From an uncultured Clostridia bacterium (GTDB lineage Bacteria > Bacillota > Clostridia > TANB77 > CAG-508): DNA of 64,000 nt. How positions within the stretch are numbered: the stretch's first letter is position 1; each line of letters opens with the position of its first letter. Where the stretch lies: the NCBI GenBank assembly GCA_947626765.1, contig CANQTQ010000005.1, positions 4,595-68,594 on the forward strand, written 5' to 3'. Below are positions 47,481 through 58,230 of this stretch, one piece after another. A program made the translations under genes and the position numbers. The notes beneath the pieces were generated by a model, which saw nothing but the letters and a program-made list of their open reading frames with translations, was not told the origin of the DNA and ran no database searches.

Positions 47481-48203
47481 ATGTCAATTCATTGTAATGC
47501 TGAAAAAGAAGATATTAAGAAAGTTGTATTAATGCCTGGAGATCCATTAAGGGCTAAATATATTGCTGAAAATTTTTTAAAAAATGTTAAATTAGTAAAT
47601 ACAGTTAGAAATATGTTTGCATATACAGGAACATATAAAGGAAAAGAAATTACTGTTTTTTCTTCTGGTATGGGTATGCCTAGCATGGGAATTTATTGTT
47701 ATGAATTATATAAATTTTATGATGTTGATGCAATAATTCGTATTGGTTCATGTGGAAGCTATAATCGTAACTTAAATTTGTTAGATACTATTTTAGTAGA
47801 TCAAAGCTATACAGAAGGAAATTTTGCTTACGAATGGAGTCAAAAAGAATGTCATATTGCAAAGTCTAGTGAAGTTTTAAATGAAATTATAGAAAAAACT
47901 GCTAAAGAAATTAATGTTTCTTATACAAAAGGGAACACATTTTGTAATGATTGTTTTGATGGATATTTAGATGATATTGAAGGATTTATTAATCGTTTTC
48001 CAAAAGATTTAAACATTTTAGCTTGTGAAATGGAAGCTTTTGCTTTGTTTTATATGGCACACTACTTAAATAAAAAGGCTTCTTGCTTATTAACAGTTGT
48101 TGATGATTATTATAATAAAGCAAGTACTACTTCAGAGCAAAGAGAAAAGTCTTTAAATGATATGATTACTCTTGCACTAGAAAGTGCTATTAAAATGTGT
48201 TAA
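47481..48203 (+). CDS. deoD: Purine nucleoside phosphorylase DeoD-type
   Basis: VLMPGDPLRAKYIA, GMGMPSMGIY.YEL, IRIGSCG, EMEAFAL. Confidence 0.93.
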   Translation: MSIHCNAEKEDIKKVVLMPGDPLRAKYIAENFLKNVKLVNTVRNMFAYTGTYKGKEITVFSSGMGMPSMGIYCYELYKFYDVDAIIRIGSCGSYNRNLNLLDTILVDQSYTEGNFAYEWSQKECHIAKSSEVLNEIIEKTAKEINVSYTKGNTFCNDCFDGYLDDIEGFINRFPKDLNILACEMEAFALFYMAHYLNKKASCLLTVVDDYYNKASTTSEQREKSLNDMITLALESAIKMC

Positions 48204-48355
48204 TATAAAATATATGGAAATTAAGTCTTACTTGATAATAAAAAAGAGAATATTGTACCATTTACTTGATAAAATATTCTCTTTTTTTATATAAAATTTA
48301 TTTTTTTAAGACATGTTTATTTGTGCTTAAAAATAAGCAATTGAACCTGTCCTAA

Positions 48356-48832
48356 TTATTTTGTAATAGATAAGATTTTGTATTGTACAATACCTGATGG
48401 AGCTTGAACATCTACAATTTGGTTCTTTTTTGCACCTAAAATAGCACTACCAATTGGTGATTCGTTTGAAATTTTATTTTGTGCTATGTCAACTTCTGTT
48501 GAACCAACTAATGTATAGCTAACTTCTTCATTAAATTCTATATCTAACAATTTTACAGTATTACCTACTTGAACTGTTTTTGTATCTATTTCTGATTCAT
48601 CTATTATTTTTGCATATCTAATTTTATTTTCTAATTCTGCAATTTTATTTTCATTTTCTGCTTGTGCATTTTTTGCTTCATCATATTCAGAATTTTCAGA
48701 TAAGTCTCCAAATCCTAAAGCAATTTTTATTCTTTCTGCAATTTCTGCCCTTCTAGTTGTTTTTAAAAAATCTAAATCTTGTTCAAGTTTTTCATATCCA
48801 TCTTTTGTTAATAGTACTTCTTTTTCATCCAT
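48356..48832 (-). CDS. greA: Transcription elongation factor GreA
   Basis: FGDLSENSEYDEAK, ISNESPIG.A. Confidence 0.96.
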   Translation of the reverse strand: MDEKEVLLTKDGYEKLEQDLDFLKTTRRAEIAERIKIALGFGDLSENSEYDEAKNAQAENENKIAELENKIRYAKIIDESEIDTKTVQVGNTVKLLDIEFNEEVSYTLVGSTEVDIAQNKISNESPIGSAILGAKKNQIVDVQAPSGIVQYKILSITK

Positions 48833-48956
48833 AAGCAGTACCTCCTTTTGCAATAAAATAAATGACAACAAATTATATATATAATTTGCTGCACTTTTAT
48901 ATAATAATCATTTTTTTTATTTTTGTCAAGTAATTTCATAGGAAATTCACATTTCG

Positions 48957-49958
48957 CTAAATAGCTAATTTTAAAAATTCATTACAGCTAATTTCACCAT
49001 TTTTTCCATATAATTTCGTAACTAATATTTTATTTTCTTCCATTTTTAACTTTGTTTTTTGAAAGCCTTCATTTTCATTTAATATACATTTATATAAATC
49101 ACATAGTGAATAATTTTCTAGTAAAAAATTTTCCTTAAAAGTGCTTTTTAATTCATTTGAAATATCTATTTGTACATTTTTAATTTCAACTCCTTCAAAG
49201 CCTAAATTTTTGTATGTTTCATTTTCATTTAATGATATTATAATAGCATTTCTGTAAATAATATATTTTCCTAATTCTTCTGTTGTAAAGTCAAAGTTAA
49301 CTATTATATTTGATTTTTTTAAGCTTTTTTCTTTATTATTTGATAATGTTACTAATATACTATTTTCTTCTAATTTACTTACAAGTATTTGAAACTTTTT
49401 AATATTAGGAGTAACTATATTAATTGTTTTAAAATATTTTGATAAATAATAAATATTTTCTATATTAATTTGGTTTATTTCTTTAATGCATATATATAAA
49501 TTTTCAAGTTCTGTTTTAGTTTGCTGAATAGTTAAAATATAAATTAATATTTCTTTTATTAAATATGGCATTAAAGTATTTTTATTTTCAAAATTAATAT
49601 TATATTTTTTTATATTATTTATTTTCTTTAATTCATTTGAAAATATTAAACTAGTTACTTTATATTTTTTTATTAGCTTTTGAAGTTTTTTCATTGCCTT
49701 TTTTATTCTATATTTACTAGCTTTTTTATTATTAAATGGAAAAATGAAAACGTATGAATAATATAATTTTTTTATTGTAATTATATTGCCCAAATATTTT
49801 ATAAATACTATAAATTTATAAAAAAAATAAAATACATTATATTTAAGTTTTGAAAAAATTGTATTTTTATTTTTTAATTTTTCCAAATAATCTGATTTAT
49901 ATAATTCTTTATTATCTGTTTTTAGCTTTATATAGCCTATCACAAAAAATACCTCCAT
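48957..49958 (-). CDS. Hypothetical protein
   Basis: 333-aa open frame; no motif recognised. Confidence 0.55.
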   Translation of the reverse strand: MEVFFVIGYIKLKTDNKELYKSDYLEKLKNKNTIFSKLKYNVFYFFYKFIVFIKYLGNIITIKKLYYSYVFIFPFNNKKASKYRIKKAMKKLQKLIKKYKVTSLIFSNELKKINNIKKYNINFENKNTLMPYLIKEILIYILTIQQTKTELENLYICIKEINQINIENIYYLSKYFKTINIVTPNIKKFQILVSKLEENSILVTLSNNKEKSLKKSNIIVNFDFTTEELGKYIIYRNAIIISLNENETYKNLGFEGVEIKNVQIDISNELKSTFKENFLLENYSLCDLYKCILNENEGFQKTKLKMEENKILVTKLYGKNGEISCNEFLKLAI

Positions 49959-50047
49959 ATAATTTAGCTTGTTTTATATTATATGGAGGTTATTTGTATT
50001 TATTACTATTTTATATATATTAACTTTAGTTACATATTATTTAGTAC

Positions 50048-51316
50048 TTATTTTTTATATGAACATTTTACTATTCCACTATCTGCTTCTAACGTATCTA
50101 CAGATAAAACTGCTCCAATTTCATTTAATTGTGGTTCAAGTTCAAGTAAAAATCTTGAAAAATCATTTAAGCTTTCGTCTTGCATACTTGTAAAACTAAT
50201 ATTAATTCCATCTAGCTTATATGTAACAATATAATCTACAATTTGTTCTATCATATACTGCCTATTTTTATAATCATTTAAAGCATCTTTTGTAGTATTT
50301 TTATAACCTCTGTTAGATACAGAAGCCCAAATTTGATATCCATTTTTATGAGCCCAATTAATATATTTATTTTCATTGTCTCCTATAAGTACATTTAGCT
50401 TACCTTTTGATTCATCTCTTAAGTTAAAAAACGTTGGAGATAGTACTTTTGTACCATCTTTTGTAACTGCTGTTCTATCTTTTATGTTATATTCTGAGGA
50501 AAATACATTCCATGTCATAATATTTTCTTCTTTTATAGTTTCTTCTATGTTTTCTCTCATATAATTTATATTTCCTATTTTATTTGTTTTAACGTATCCT
50601 AAAACTCCCCCTGTTGTTCTAACTCTAGTCCAGCCTTTTTTAGTATTTTCGTTATTATTTACTACAATTATACTATCTCCCTTTTTTACTTTTGCCATAG
50701 TTTTAGATAAATTTTGTGGTTTATATTTAATAGATACGTCTTTATTAGCTGTAGAAATAACATATTCTTTGTTTAAATAATCAATTGTAACAATATTTGT
50801 ATTTTCTGTATAAATTGTTTTTATGTTATATACATTTTCAAGTTCTGAAATTGGCACATAATATATACCATCTTTTTCTATTGCACCTGATTTAACTTTT
50901 ACATTAGAGCTATTTATTTGCATTTCATTTTTTCCTATAGGAATACTTGCTACTTTTTCTTTTCCGCAAGTAATAATCATATTATACTTGCTATCATACA
51001 TAATTGATTTATCAAAAAGATTATAAATGTCATTTGTAGAAATATACACTATTCCATCTTCTATATAAATGTCTTTATTCAAATCTCTTGTTACATTAAC
51101 ATTACTAATAATTAAATTAGTTTTGTTTTTTATAGTATCTACTACATAGTTATTATTTGTAATATTTAAAACTAAAATTATTGCTATCAATGCTATTAGT
51201 ATAATTATTAGCCTTTTAAAAGACCTTATAAAAATTTTAATTTTCTTCTTTTTTAACATTTTACATTTTCCCCTTAAATATACAAATTTTTTCTTTAATA
51301 TATCATAATTCTTCAT
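50048..51316 (-). CDS. Secreted protein with Cu-amine-oxidase N-terminal, SH3-like and GH18-like domains
   Basis: TM, YYVPISEL, WTRVRT..G.LGYVK, LSPTFF, YKLDGINI. Confidence 0.65.
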   Translation of the reverse strand: MKNYDILKKKFVYLRGKCKMLKKKKIKIFIRSFKRLIIILIALIAIILVLNITNNNYVVDTIKNKTNLIISNVNVTRDLNKDIYIEDGIVYISTNDIYNLFDKSIMYDSKYNMIITCGKEKVASIPIGKNEMQINSSNVKVKSGAIEKDGIYYVPISELENVYNIKTIYTENTNIVTIDYLNKEYVISTANKDVSIKYKPQNLSKTMAKVKKGDSIIVVNNNENTKKGWTRVRTTGGVLGYVKTNKIGNINYMRENIEETIKEENIMTWNVFSSEYNIKDRTAVTKDGTKVLSPTFFNLRDESKGKLNVLIGDNENKYINWAHKNGYQIWASVSNRGYKNTTKDALNDYKNRQYMIEQIVDYIVTYKLDGINISFTSMQDESLNDFSRFLLELEPQLNEIGAVLSVDTLEADSGIVKCSYKK

Positions 51317-51536
51317 TTACGTAAATAGTATTTCTCTCTTTTTCTTTTTACAATTAGTAAAAGAATTTATATGCTTTGTTATTAGTAAATTATTTTCAAA
51401 ATATACTTAATTAAAAAATAAAGAACCAAATTTTGTGTATCTATATTATTAATTCTTAAATAAAATTTTCATTTTTTGTATAAATTTTGATTTTTAGGAA
51501 AACATAGAAGTGAAAATCAAATGGAGGTTGATAAAA

Positions 51537-51749
51537 ATGGGAATTGAAAAACATTTAAGAATTACTGGTTCATCTACAGTTTCTTGGAAGGATGCTATTG
51601 TTCAAGCAGTTGCAGAGGCTTCTAAAACAATAGACTATTTATCTAATGTTACAGTTTTAGAGCAAAGAGCTAAAATTGATGGAAAAAAATTAGTAGAATA
51701 TTACGTAGAGTTAGATTTATCTTTCGTAATTGATAGAGATAGGGATTAA
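51537..51749 (+). CDS. Dodecin family protein
   Basis: ITGSSTVSWKDAI..AV.EASKT...V.EQR..I....EY.VEL...F. Confidence 0.85.
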   Translation: MGIEKHLRITGSSTVSWKDAIVQAVAEASKTIDYLSNVTVLEQRAKIDGKKLVEYYVELDLSFVIDRDRD

Positions 51750-51765
51750 AAGGAGGCTGTAAGAT

Positions 51766-52212
51766 ATGAAACCAATTGAAACAAAACAAGAATATAGCGA
51801 TTATGTTGATAAAAAGTCTCCAAACTCACCTATTTTAAAAAACTGTTTTAATGCTTTTTGGGTAGGTGGACTAATTTGTACAATAGGTCAAATTATTATG
51901 GACTTTTGTAAGTATAAAGGAATGGATGAAACTGGAGCTTCTACAGTTGTTTCTATTACTTTAATTGCAATTTCTGCTATTTTAACAGGTTTAAATATTT
52001 TTAATAAAATTGGAAAATTTGCAGGTGCTGGTTCTTTAATTCCAATTACAGGATTTGCTAATTCTATTGTTTCTCCTGCTATTGAGTATAAGTCTGAAGG
52101 CTATGTAATGGGTGTTGGAGGAAAAATGTTTACTGTAGCAGGTCCAGTTTTAGTATTTGGAATTTCCGCTTCTGTAATTATTGGTATAATAGCAGTTTTA
52201 TTTGCACATTAG
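51766..52212 (+). CDS. spoVAC: Stage V sporulation protein AC
   Basis: AFWVGGLICTIGQ, AGAGSLIPITGFANS, KMFTVAGPV. Confidence 0.93.
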   Translation: MKPIETKQEYSDYVDKKSPNSPILKNCFNAFWVGGLICTIGQIIMDFCKYKGMDETGASTVVSITLIAISAILTGLNIFNKIGKFAGAGSLIPITGFANSIVSPAIEYKSEGYVMGVGGKMFTVAGPVLVFGISASVIIGIIAVLFAH

Positions 52213-52346
52213 AAATTTAAAAATGTTAATATAGTTAAATAATATAAATTGACAAAAGGTTTATAGGTATAGCCTTAAAAATCTAAATATTGTAAAGGAG
52301 ATTTTCGCAATAACACTATTTATGTATTTTTTGCGAATATAAATTT

Positions 52347-53376
52347 ATGAAACATATAGGTATGCAAACTATAAAGTTGGATACTCCCCCAACTATTACA
52401 CAAACAGCTAGTATTGTTGGCCCTAAAGAAGGACAAGGCCCACTTGCAAAATATTTTGATCAATGTTTAGAAGACGAGTTTTGGGGAGAAAAAACATGGG
52501 AAAAAGCTGAAAGTAAAATAATAAAAGAAACAGTTAATACTGTTATTTCTAAGTCTGGTATTGCTTCAAATGAAATAGATTACTGCTTTGCAGGAGATTT
52601 GTTAAATCAATGTATTTCTTCTAGTTTTGGACTTCGCGAATTAAATATTCCTTTTTTTGGAATATTTGGTGCGTGTTCTACATTTGTAGAAAGTTTATGT
52701 TTAGGAAGTATATTTTTAGATGGAAAAGCTGCTAAAAATGTTCTTTGTGCTACATCTAGTCACTTTTGTAGTGCAGAAAAGCAATTTCGTTTTCCATTGG
52801 AGCTTGGTAATCAAAGGCCACCTACTTCACAATGGACTGTAACTGGTTCAGGTGCTGCTATTTTATCTGCTACTCGGAAATGGTCCTTATATAACAATGG
52901 TTACTCCTGGTAAAATTGTAGATATGGGAATTAAAGATGCTAACAATATGGGTGCTGCAATGGCTCCTGCTGCTTTAGATACATTAATTACACATTTTAA
53001 AGATACAGGTAGAAAACCTAGTTATTATGACTTAATTGTTACAGGTGATTTAGGTTATATTGGAAAAGATATTGTAGTAGAACTTGCAGAAACTAAAGGA
53101 TATAATATTAAAAGTAATTATAATGACTGTGGAGTTTTAATATTTGATAAACAAAAACAAGACACACATTCTGGTGGTAGTGGTTGTGCATGTATAGGTG
53201 TAACTTTTTCTGGCTATTTATTTAAAGAGTTGCAAGAAAAGAAACTTAATAGAATTTTACTTGTTGCAACAGGAGCTTTAACAAATGCTACTACTTCTCA
53301 ACAAGGCGAAAGCATTCCAGGTATTGCGCATGCTGTTGCTATTGAAAGAGAACTGCCAAATGAAATGGAGGTGTAA
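52347..53376 (+). CDS. spoVAD: Stage V sporulation protein AD; +1 shift at CGG 52875-52877 (~342 aa)
   Basis: VGPKEGQGPL, AGDLLNQC, WTVTGSGAAILSAT[C]GNGPYIT, DMGI.DANNMGAAMAPAA, GGSGCAC. Confidence 0.92.
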
Positions 53377-53378
53377 AT

Positions 53379-53765
53379 ATGGACTTTATACAAAGTATAG
53401 ACTATATGGGACTTTTAAAATGTTTTGTTGTAGGTGGTATTATTTGTATTATTGGACAAATTTTAATTGATAAAACAAAACTAACACCTGCTAGAATATT
53501 AGTTATTTTTGTTACAACTGGTGCAATACTAGGTGGACTTGGTATATATAAATATTTAATTGACTTTGCAGGAGCAGGTGCTACAGTACCACTACTTGGT
53601 TTTGGTGCTAACCTTGCTAAAGGTGCTATTCAAGAAGTTAAAACTTCAGGATTACTTGGTGCATTTGTAGGTGGTGTAAAGGCATCTGCAGGTGGAATTG
53701 CTGCTGCTGTATTTTTTGGTTATTTAGCTTCTTTAATTGCAAAACCTAAAATAAAAAAGCAGTAA
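53379..53765 (+). CDS. spoVAE: Stage V sporulation protein AE(B)
   Basis: FVVGGIICIIGQ, LTPARILV, AGAGATVPL.GFG. Confidence 0.9.
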   Translation: MDFIQSIDYMGLLKCFVVGGIICIIGQILIDKTKLTPARILVIFVTTGAILGGLGIYKYLIDFAGAGATVPLLGFGANLAKGAIQEVKTSGLLGAFVGGVKASAGGIAAAVFFGYLASLIAKPKIKKQ

Positions 53766-53913
53766 ATAGTTTAAATGTAATTAATAATTATTAAAAAATT
53801 TATTATAAGATATTATATTGTAAAAATAAAATTATATAAAAAAGAGTATATTTTTGAACTTAGTTAAAGATTGAGTGTTTTTTAATTAAGTTCATTATTT
53901 ATACTCTTTTTTG

Positions 53914-55398
53914 TTAATATATTATAAGTGCTGGTCTAAAGCCAATGTTTTCATTAGATTCTCCATTAGAACTACTAAAGCTAAATAGACCTGCTTTTGT
54001 ATCATCTGCAAAATATCCTCCACGCTTAAGAACCTTATTAGTTGAGTTAAGGAAACTAGAAGAATCGTTAAACCAAGATGATTCACTATTAGCATCTCCT
54101 GAATTAGATGTTTCCCATATTGCATCTCCATATTTATTTTTATTTGCTGTATAATTTGTTTGACTATTTTCATCAGTTCCTTCGTAAATGTCTATCATAG
54201 ATGAACTTTTATTGGTAAGCTCACTATAACCTGTCAAACAAGCTGCAACATATTCCCATGAGCCTCCACTCATATCATATACTCCCCATACATTTCCTGT
54301 AGTACTTGCTTTTTGTCCTTCAGTTCCTGTTGCTAAAAATTTATCCTTTTCTTCTTCACTTAATAAATCTTTATATGAATAAAATGCTCCTTTTGGTCCT
54401 GCTCCAGTTATAAAGTCTGAACATTCATTTACACCTATTTGTGTTGTTGCACCAAGTCCATATTCACTTTGTGCCAAGTAACTTACTGCTCCCCATTCAA
54501 TGTTTTTTATTAAATGACTGTTTAATGCTTGGCTGTAACTTTGGCAGACCTCATACATACTGCTAACACTACTTTCTCTCCAGCTTGTTACATTTGGGCG
54601 AATACTTAAGTTTTCGCTTACACCTTTTTGTATTGATTCTCCTTCTATTTTTGCATCTGAATGGCTTGCTTCATATTTTGCAACCCATATTCCACTTAAT
54701 TGTGTATTTCCATTATCTGCTTCAAATGCCGGATGCACTACTAATGTTCCTCCTGATGTTGGTCCTTCATTTTCTTTTTTATTGTTTAATTGTTCAGTTG
54801 TTAAAACTTCAACTTTCTTTTCTGTTTCATCTTTATCATATTTGTTAGTTTGGCCTTTTAAAAATACTATTTCGATTTTTCCAGTATTATTTGAGTTATA
54901 GCCACTTGTTATTTTATAAGCATATCTTGGTATCCATACCCAATAGCTTTCTACACCGTCTTTTTCTGTTACTGCATTAGCCCATTTTTTTTCTGAATAA
55001 TTATACCACTCTGTATCTTCTGGAGTTGTTTTTTCCCATTTATTTTCTGTCCATTTTACTGGTGTCATACCAGTTCCTAATTTTGGAATATTTACTTTTC
55101 CATCAAATTCTTCTGGTACAGTTGGTTGTGGATTTTGAATATTTACATCTTTGCCTAATTCTGCGTCCATTTCATCTACAACACCATTAAATTCTTTGCT
55201 AGTATCATCGTCATCTTCTTTTACTTTATCTACAGCTGATTTTATTTCTCTTATTACTCCATTTTCTCCTAAAACCATTGTCATTGTTGCACCAGATAAA
55301 ATTAATAATACTATTATTGTTACTACTAAAGATATTAATGAAATTCCTTTTTCAAATTTTCTATTTATTTTTCTATTCTTAGAAAGTTTATTTTTCAT
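53914..55398 (-). CDS. Type IV pilin-like protein with FGE/C-type-lectin-fold C-terminus
   Basis: KGISLISLVVTIIVLLILSG, YWVWIPRY, IWVAKYE, GVYDMSGGSWEY, RGG..GFRP. Confidence 0.8.
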   Translation of the reverse strand: MKNKLSKNRKINRKFEKGISLISLVVTIIVLLILSGATMTMVLGENGVIREIKSAVDKVKEDDDDTSKEFNGVVDEMDAELGKDVNIQNPQPTVPEEFDGKVNIPKLGTGMTPVKWTENKWEKTTPEDTEWYNYSEKKWANAVTEKDGVESYWVWIPRYAYKITSGYNSNNTGKIEIVFLKGQTNKYDKDETEKKVEVLTTEQLNNKKENEGPTSGGTLVVHPAFEADNGNTQLSGIWVAKYEASHSDAKIEGESIQKGVSENLSIRPNVTSWRESSVSSMYEVCQSYSQALNSHLIKNIEWGAVSYLAQSEYGLGATTQIGVNECSDFITGAGPKGAFYSYKDLLSEEEKDKFLATGTEGQKASTTGNVWGVYDMSGGSWEYVAACLTGYSELTNKSSSMIDIYEGTDENSQTNYTANKNKYGDAIWETSNSGDANSESSWFNDSSSFLNSTNKVLKRGGYFADDTKAGLFSFSSSNGESNENIGFRPALIIY

Positions 55399-55625
55399 TT
55401 TTTCTCCTCTTCTTTAGTCTAAATTCTTCTTATATATATCAATAACATAATTTGTTTTTTTATTCAATACTTTTACTTAAATAAATTATATTTTTAGTAT
55501 GTTCTATAATTCAATTAATTATTTAATAAAGTAACAAATACACCTTATTTAATATAACATAAAATTATATGTAAATATTAAATAAGGTGTATTTTAAATT
55601 TTAATAGTTAATTTATTTAATAAAC

Positions 55626-55976
55626 TTATGCTTTTTTTGCAACTTCTGCAATTTTTGCAAATGCTTCTGGATCTGTTGCTGCAATTTCTGCAAGCATTTT
55701 TCTATTAATTACAACTCCTGCTTTCTTTAGACCGTTTACAAATTTGCTATATGTTAATCCATTTTGACGGCTAGCAGCATTAATTCTTGCTATCCATAAT
55801 TTTCTAAAATTGCTTTTTTTATCTTTTCTTCCTGCATAAGCATAATTTCCAGATTTCATAACAGCTTGTTTTGCCATTCTAAATCTATAATGTTTTGCTC
55901 CATAATATCCTTTTGCTCTTTTTAATATTTTTTTATGTTTTTTACGTGTAATTCTTGCTGTTTTTACTCTTGCCAT
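55626..55976 (-). CDS. rplT: 50S ribosomal protein L20
   Basis: [23 protein letters not shown]. Confidence 0.97.
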   Translation of the reverse strand: MARVKTARITRKKHKKILKRAKGYYGAKHYRFRMAKQAVMKSGNYAYAGRKDKKSNFRKLWIARINAASRQNGLTYSKFVNGLKKAGVVINRKMLAEIAATDPEAFAKIAEVAKKA

Positions 55977-56100
55977 TTTATTTCACCTTCCTTAAATAGA
56001 TTGTTGTTAGGGATTCTTTTTGTATAAACATTTTTGTTTTAAGTGTAAAAATGTATTTCCCATTATTTAATAATTATTAACTTCTTTTATTAGTATAATT

Positions 56101-56304
56101 TTAATTACCATATGGTAACATTTTTTTAATTCCTGCTTCGCATGTTTTATCTGCATAAGCATCTTGAACTTTTCCTCTAGATTTAGCTCTATTGGTTTTG
56201 TTTGCTAAAAGATGTCTTTTGTTACATTTTGTTCTTTTTACTTTTCCTGTAGCTGTATATGAATATCTTTTCTTTGCTGCTTTATTTGTTTTTAATTTTG
56301 GCAT
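56101..56304 (-). CDS. rpmI: 50S ribosomal protein L35
   Basis: MPKLKT.KAAKKR...TATGKVK. Confidence 0.95.
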   Translation of the reverse strand: MPKLKTNKAAKKRYSYTATGKVKRTKCNKRHLLANKTNRAKSRGKVQDAYADKTCEAGIKKMLPYGN

Positions 56305-56344
56305 TTTAGTTTTCCTCCTTTTTATTTTTAGCTATTTATGTATT

Positions 56345-56860
56345 TTACTTATCAGCTTTTTTAGCTAATATAATAAACATGTTTCTACCTTCTAATATTG
56401 CACTTTTCTCTGGTGAAGAAATATCTGATAATTCTTCTATAAATTTATGAAGAACTTCTTCTCCTAATTTTATATAATTCATTTCCCTTCCTCTAAATTT
56501 AAGAGTAATTTTAACTTTATTTCCTTCTTCTAGAAATTTTCTAGCATTTTTTACTTTAAATTCAAAGTCATGTTGTTCAATATTAGGTGTAATTCGAACT
56601 TCTTTTAATTCTAAAACTTTTTGTTTTTTACGAGCTTCTTTTTCTTTTTTAGTTTGTTCAAATTTATATTTGCCATAATTCATTATTTTGCAAACTGGTG
56701 CTTCTGGATTTGGTGATACCATAACTAAGTCTAATTTTTTATTATAAGCTAAATCTAAAGCATCATTTAAACTAACTAAACCTTTTTTTTCTCCGTTTTC
56801 ATCAATTAATTGCACTTTATTTGCTCTAATTTGTTCATTAATTGGTAAATCCTGTTTTAT
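56345..56860 (-). CDS. infC: Translation initiation factor IF-3 (probable AUA start)
   Basis: INEQIR, KIMNYGKYKFE, HDFEFK, FRGRE; GGAGG lies 8 nt before ATA at 56860. Confidence 0.93.
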   Translation of the reverse strand: MKQDLPINEQIRANKVQLIDENGEKKGLVSLNDALDLAYNKKLDLVMVSPNPEAPVCKIMNYGKYKFEQTKKEKEARKKQKVLELKEVRITPNIEQHDFEFKVKNARKFLEEGNKVKITLKFRGREMNYIKLGEEVLHKFIEELSDISSPEKSAILEGRNMFIILAKKADK

Positions 56861-56879
56861 ATAAAACACCTCCATAAAA

Positions 56880-57005
56880 AAAGATTGATTTTTTTAAATC
56901 AATCCATTACTCTAAACACATAAATATAACTTATAAATATATAAATATGTAAGTTTATTTACCTTTTTGCTAATATGCTTAAGGTGAGCATGGATTGCTT
57001 CTTTT
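56880..57005 (-). promoter_or_regulatory. Probable L20 leader upstream of infC-rpmI-rplT
   Basis: AGAAGCAATCCATGCTCACC...ATGGATTGATT-loop-AATCAATC-T run; position typical of Firmicute L20 leaders. Confidence 0.5.
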
Positions 57006-57310
57006 TTTTACATTTATAGATTATACTATGTATAAACGGTATTTGTCAAGTGTTTTTAAAGAAAAAAACTAATAGTTGCAATTTGAAAGTAAAAAATCAT
57101 TTCTAATTTATTTGAAAAATTAAAGGTTTATAAATTCAAAAAGCTAAAGATTTTCAAATATTTTCGATAAATTGTTGACTTTTACTTGTTTTTGTAATAA
57201 AATATTAAAGCATGTATAAGAATGTAATTATTTTTAGCTTCTCCCCGGTAGCTTAAAAATAGTTTCATATAGATAATGTTTTGAAAAATGAATGGAGGAT
57301 ATGAATTACC

Positions 57311-57748
57311 ATGAATAACACAACTTATAGTGTAAAAAAGAATGAAATTCAAAGTAAATGGTACTTAATTGATGCTACAGATAAACCATTAGGTAGAGTA
57401 GCTGCTGAGGCTGCTAAATTATTAAGAGGAAAACATAAACCAACTTATACAACTCATATGGATGTTGGAGACCATGTAATTGTTACTAACTGTAGCAAAG
57501 TTAAATTAACAGGAAAAAAATTAGATCAAAAAGTTTATAGACATTTCTCTGGTTACATTGGAGGAATGAAGGAAACTACTGCTAGAGAATTACTAGCAAA
57601 AAGTCCAGAAAAAATGATGACACATGCCATTGTTGGTATGCTTCCTCATACAAGACTTGGTAGACAAATGGCTAAAAAATTAAGAGTATATGCTGGTAGT
57701 GAGCATGAAAATATAGCTCAAAAACCTGAAGTGTGGGAGGTAAAATAA
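57311..57748 (+). CDS. rplM: 50S ribosomal protein L13
   Basis: [25 protein letters not shown]. Confidence 0.97.
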   Translation: MNNTTYSVKKNEIQSKWYLIDATDKPLGRVAAEAAKLLRGKHKPTYTTHMDVGDHVIVTNCSKVKLTGKKLDQKVYRHFSGYIGGMKETTARELLAKSPEKMMTHAIVGMLPHTRLGRQMAKKLRVYAGSEHENIAQKPEVWEVK

Positions 57749-57749
57749 A

Positions 57750-58154
57750 ATGGCAAAAAAATCTGATAAAATTGTTTTTTTAGGAACAGGTAGAAGAAAA
57801 AAATCTATTGCTAGAGTTAGATTAGTAGAAGGTAAAGGAAATATTACTGTTAATGGTAAAGCACTAGATGAATATTTTGGAACTGATGTATTAAAAGTTA
57901 TAGTAAAACAACCATTAGTTACTACTAATACTCTTGATAAATATGATGTTATTTGCAAAGTAACAGGTGGTGGATTCACAGGTCAAGCTGGTGCAATTCG
58001 TCATGGTATTGCAAGAGCACTAAATGAAGCAAATAGTGAATATAGACCAGCTCTTAAATCTGCAGGTTTCTTAACAAGAGATCCTCGTATGAAGGAAAGA
58101 AAGAAATATGGTCTTAAGAAAGCTAGAAAAGCTCCACAATTTAGTAAGAGATAA
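57750..58154 (+). CDS. rpsI: 30S ribosomal protein S9
   Basis: [38 protein letters not shown]. Confidence 0.98.
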   Translation: MAKKSDKIVFLGTGRRKKSIARVRLVEGKGNITVNGKALDEYFGTDVLKVIVKQPLVTTNTLDKYDVICKVTGGGFTGQAGAIRHGIARALNEANSEYRPALKSAGFLTRDPRMKERKKYGLKKARKAPQFSKR

Positions 58155-58177
58155 TTACATATTTCATATAAAAATAT

Positions 58178-58212
58178 TAAAAACCAGAAATTTTTTCATT
58201 TCTGGTTTTTTT
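58178..58212. terminator. Bidirectional terminator between rpsI and yunB
   Basis: AAAAACCAGAAAT-loop-ATTTCTGGTTTTTT. Confidence 0.7.
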
Positions 58213-58230
58213 AATTTTATTAAATGTATA

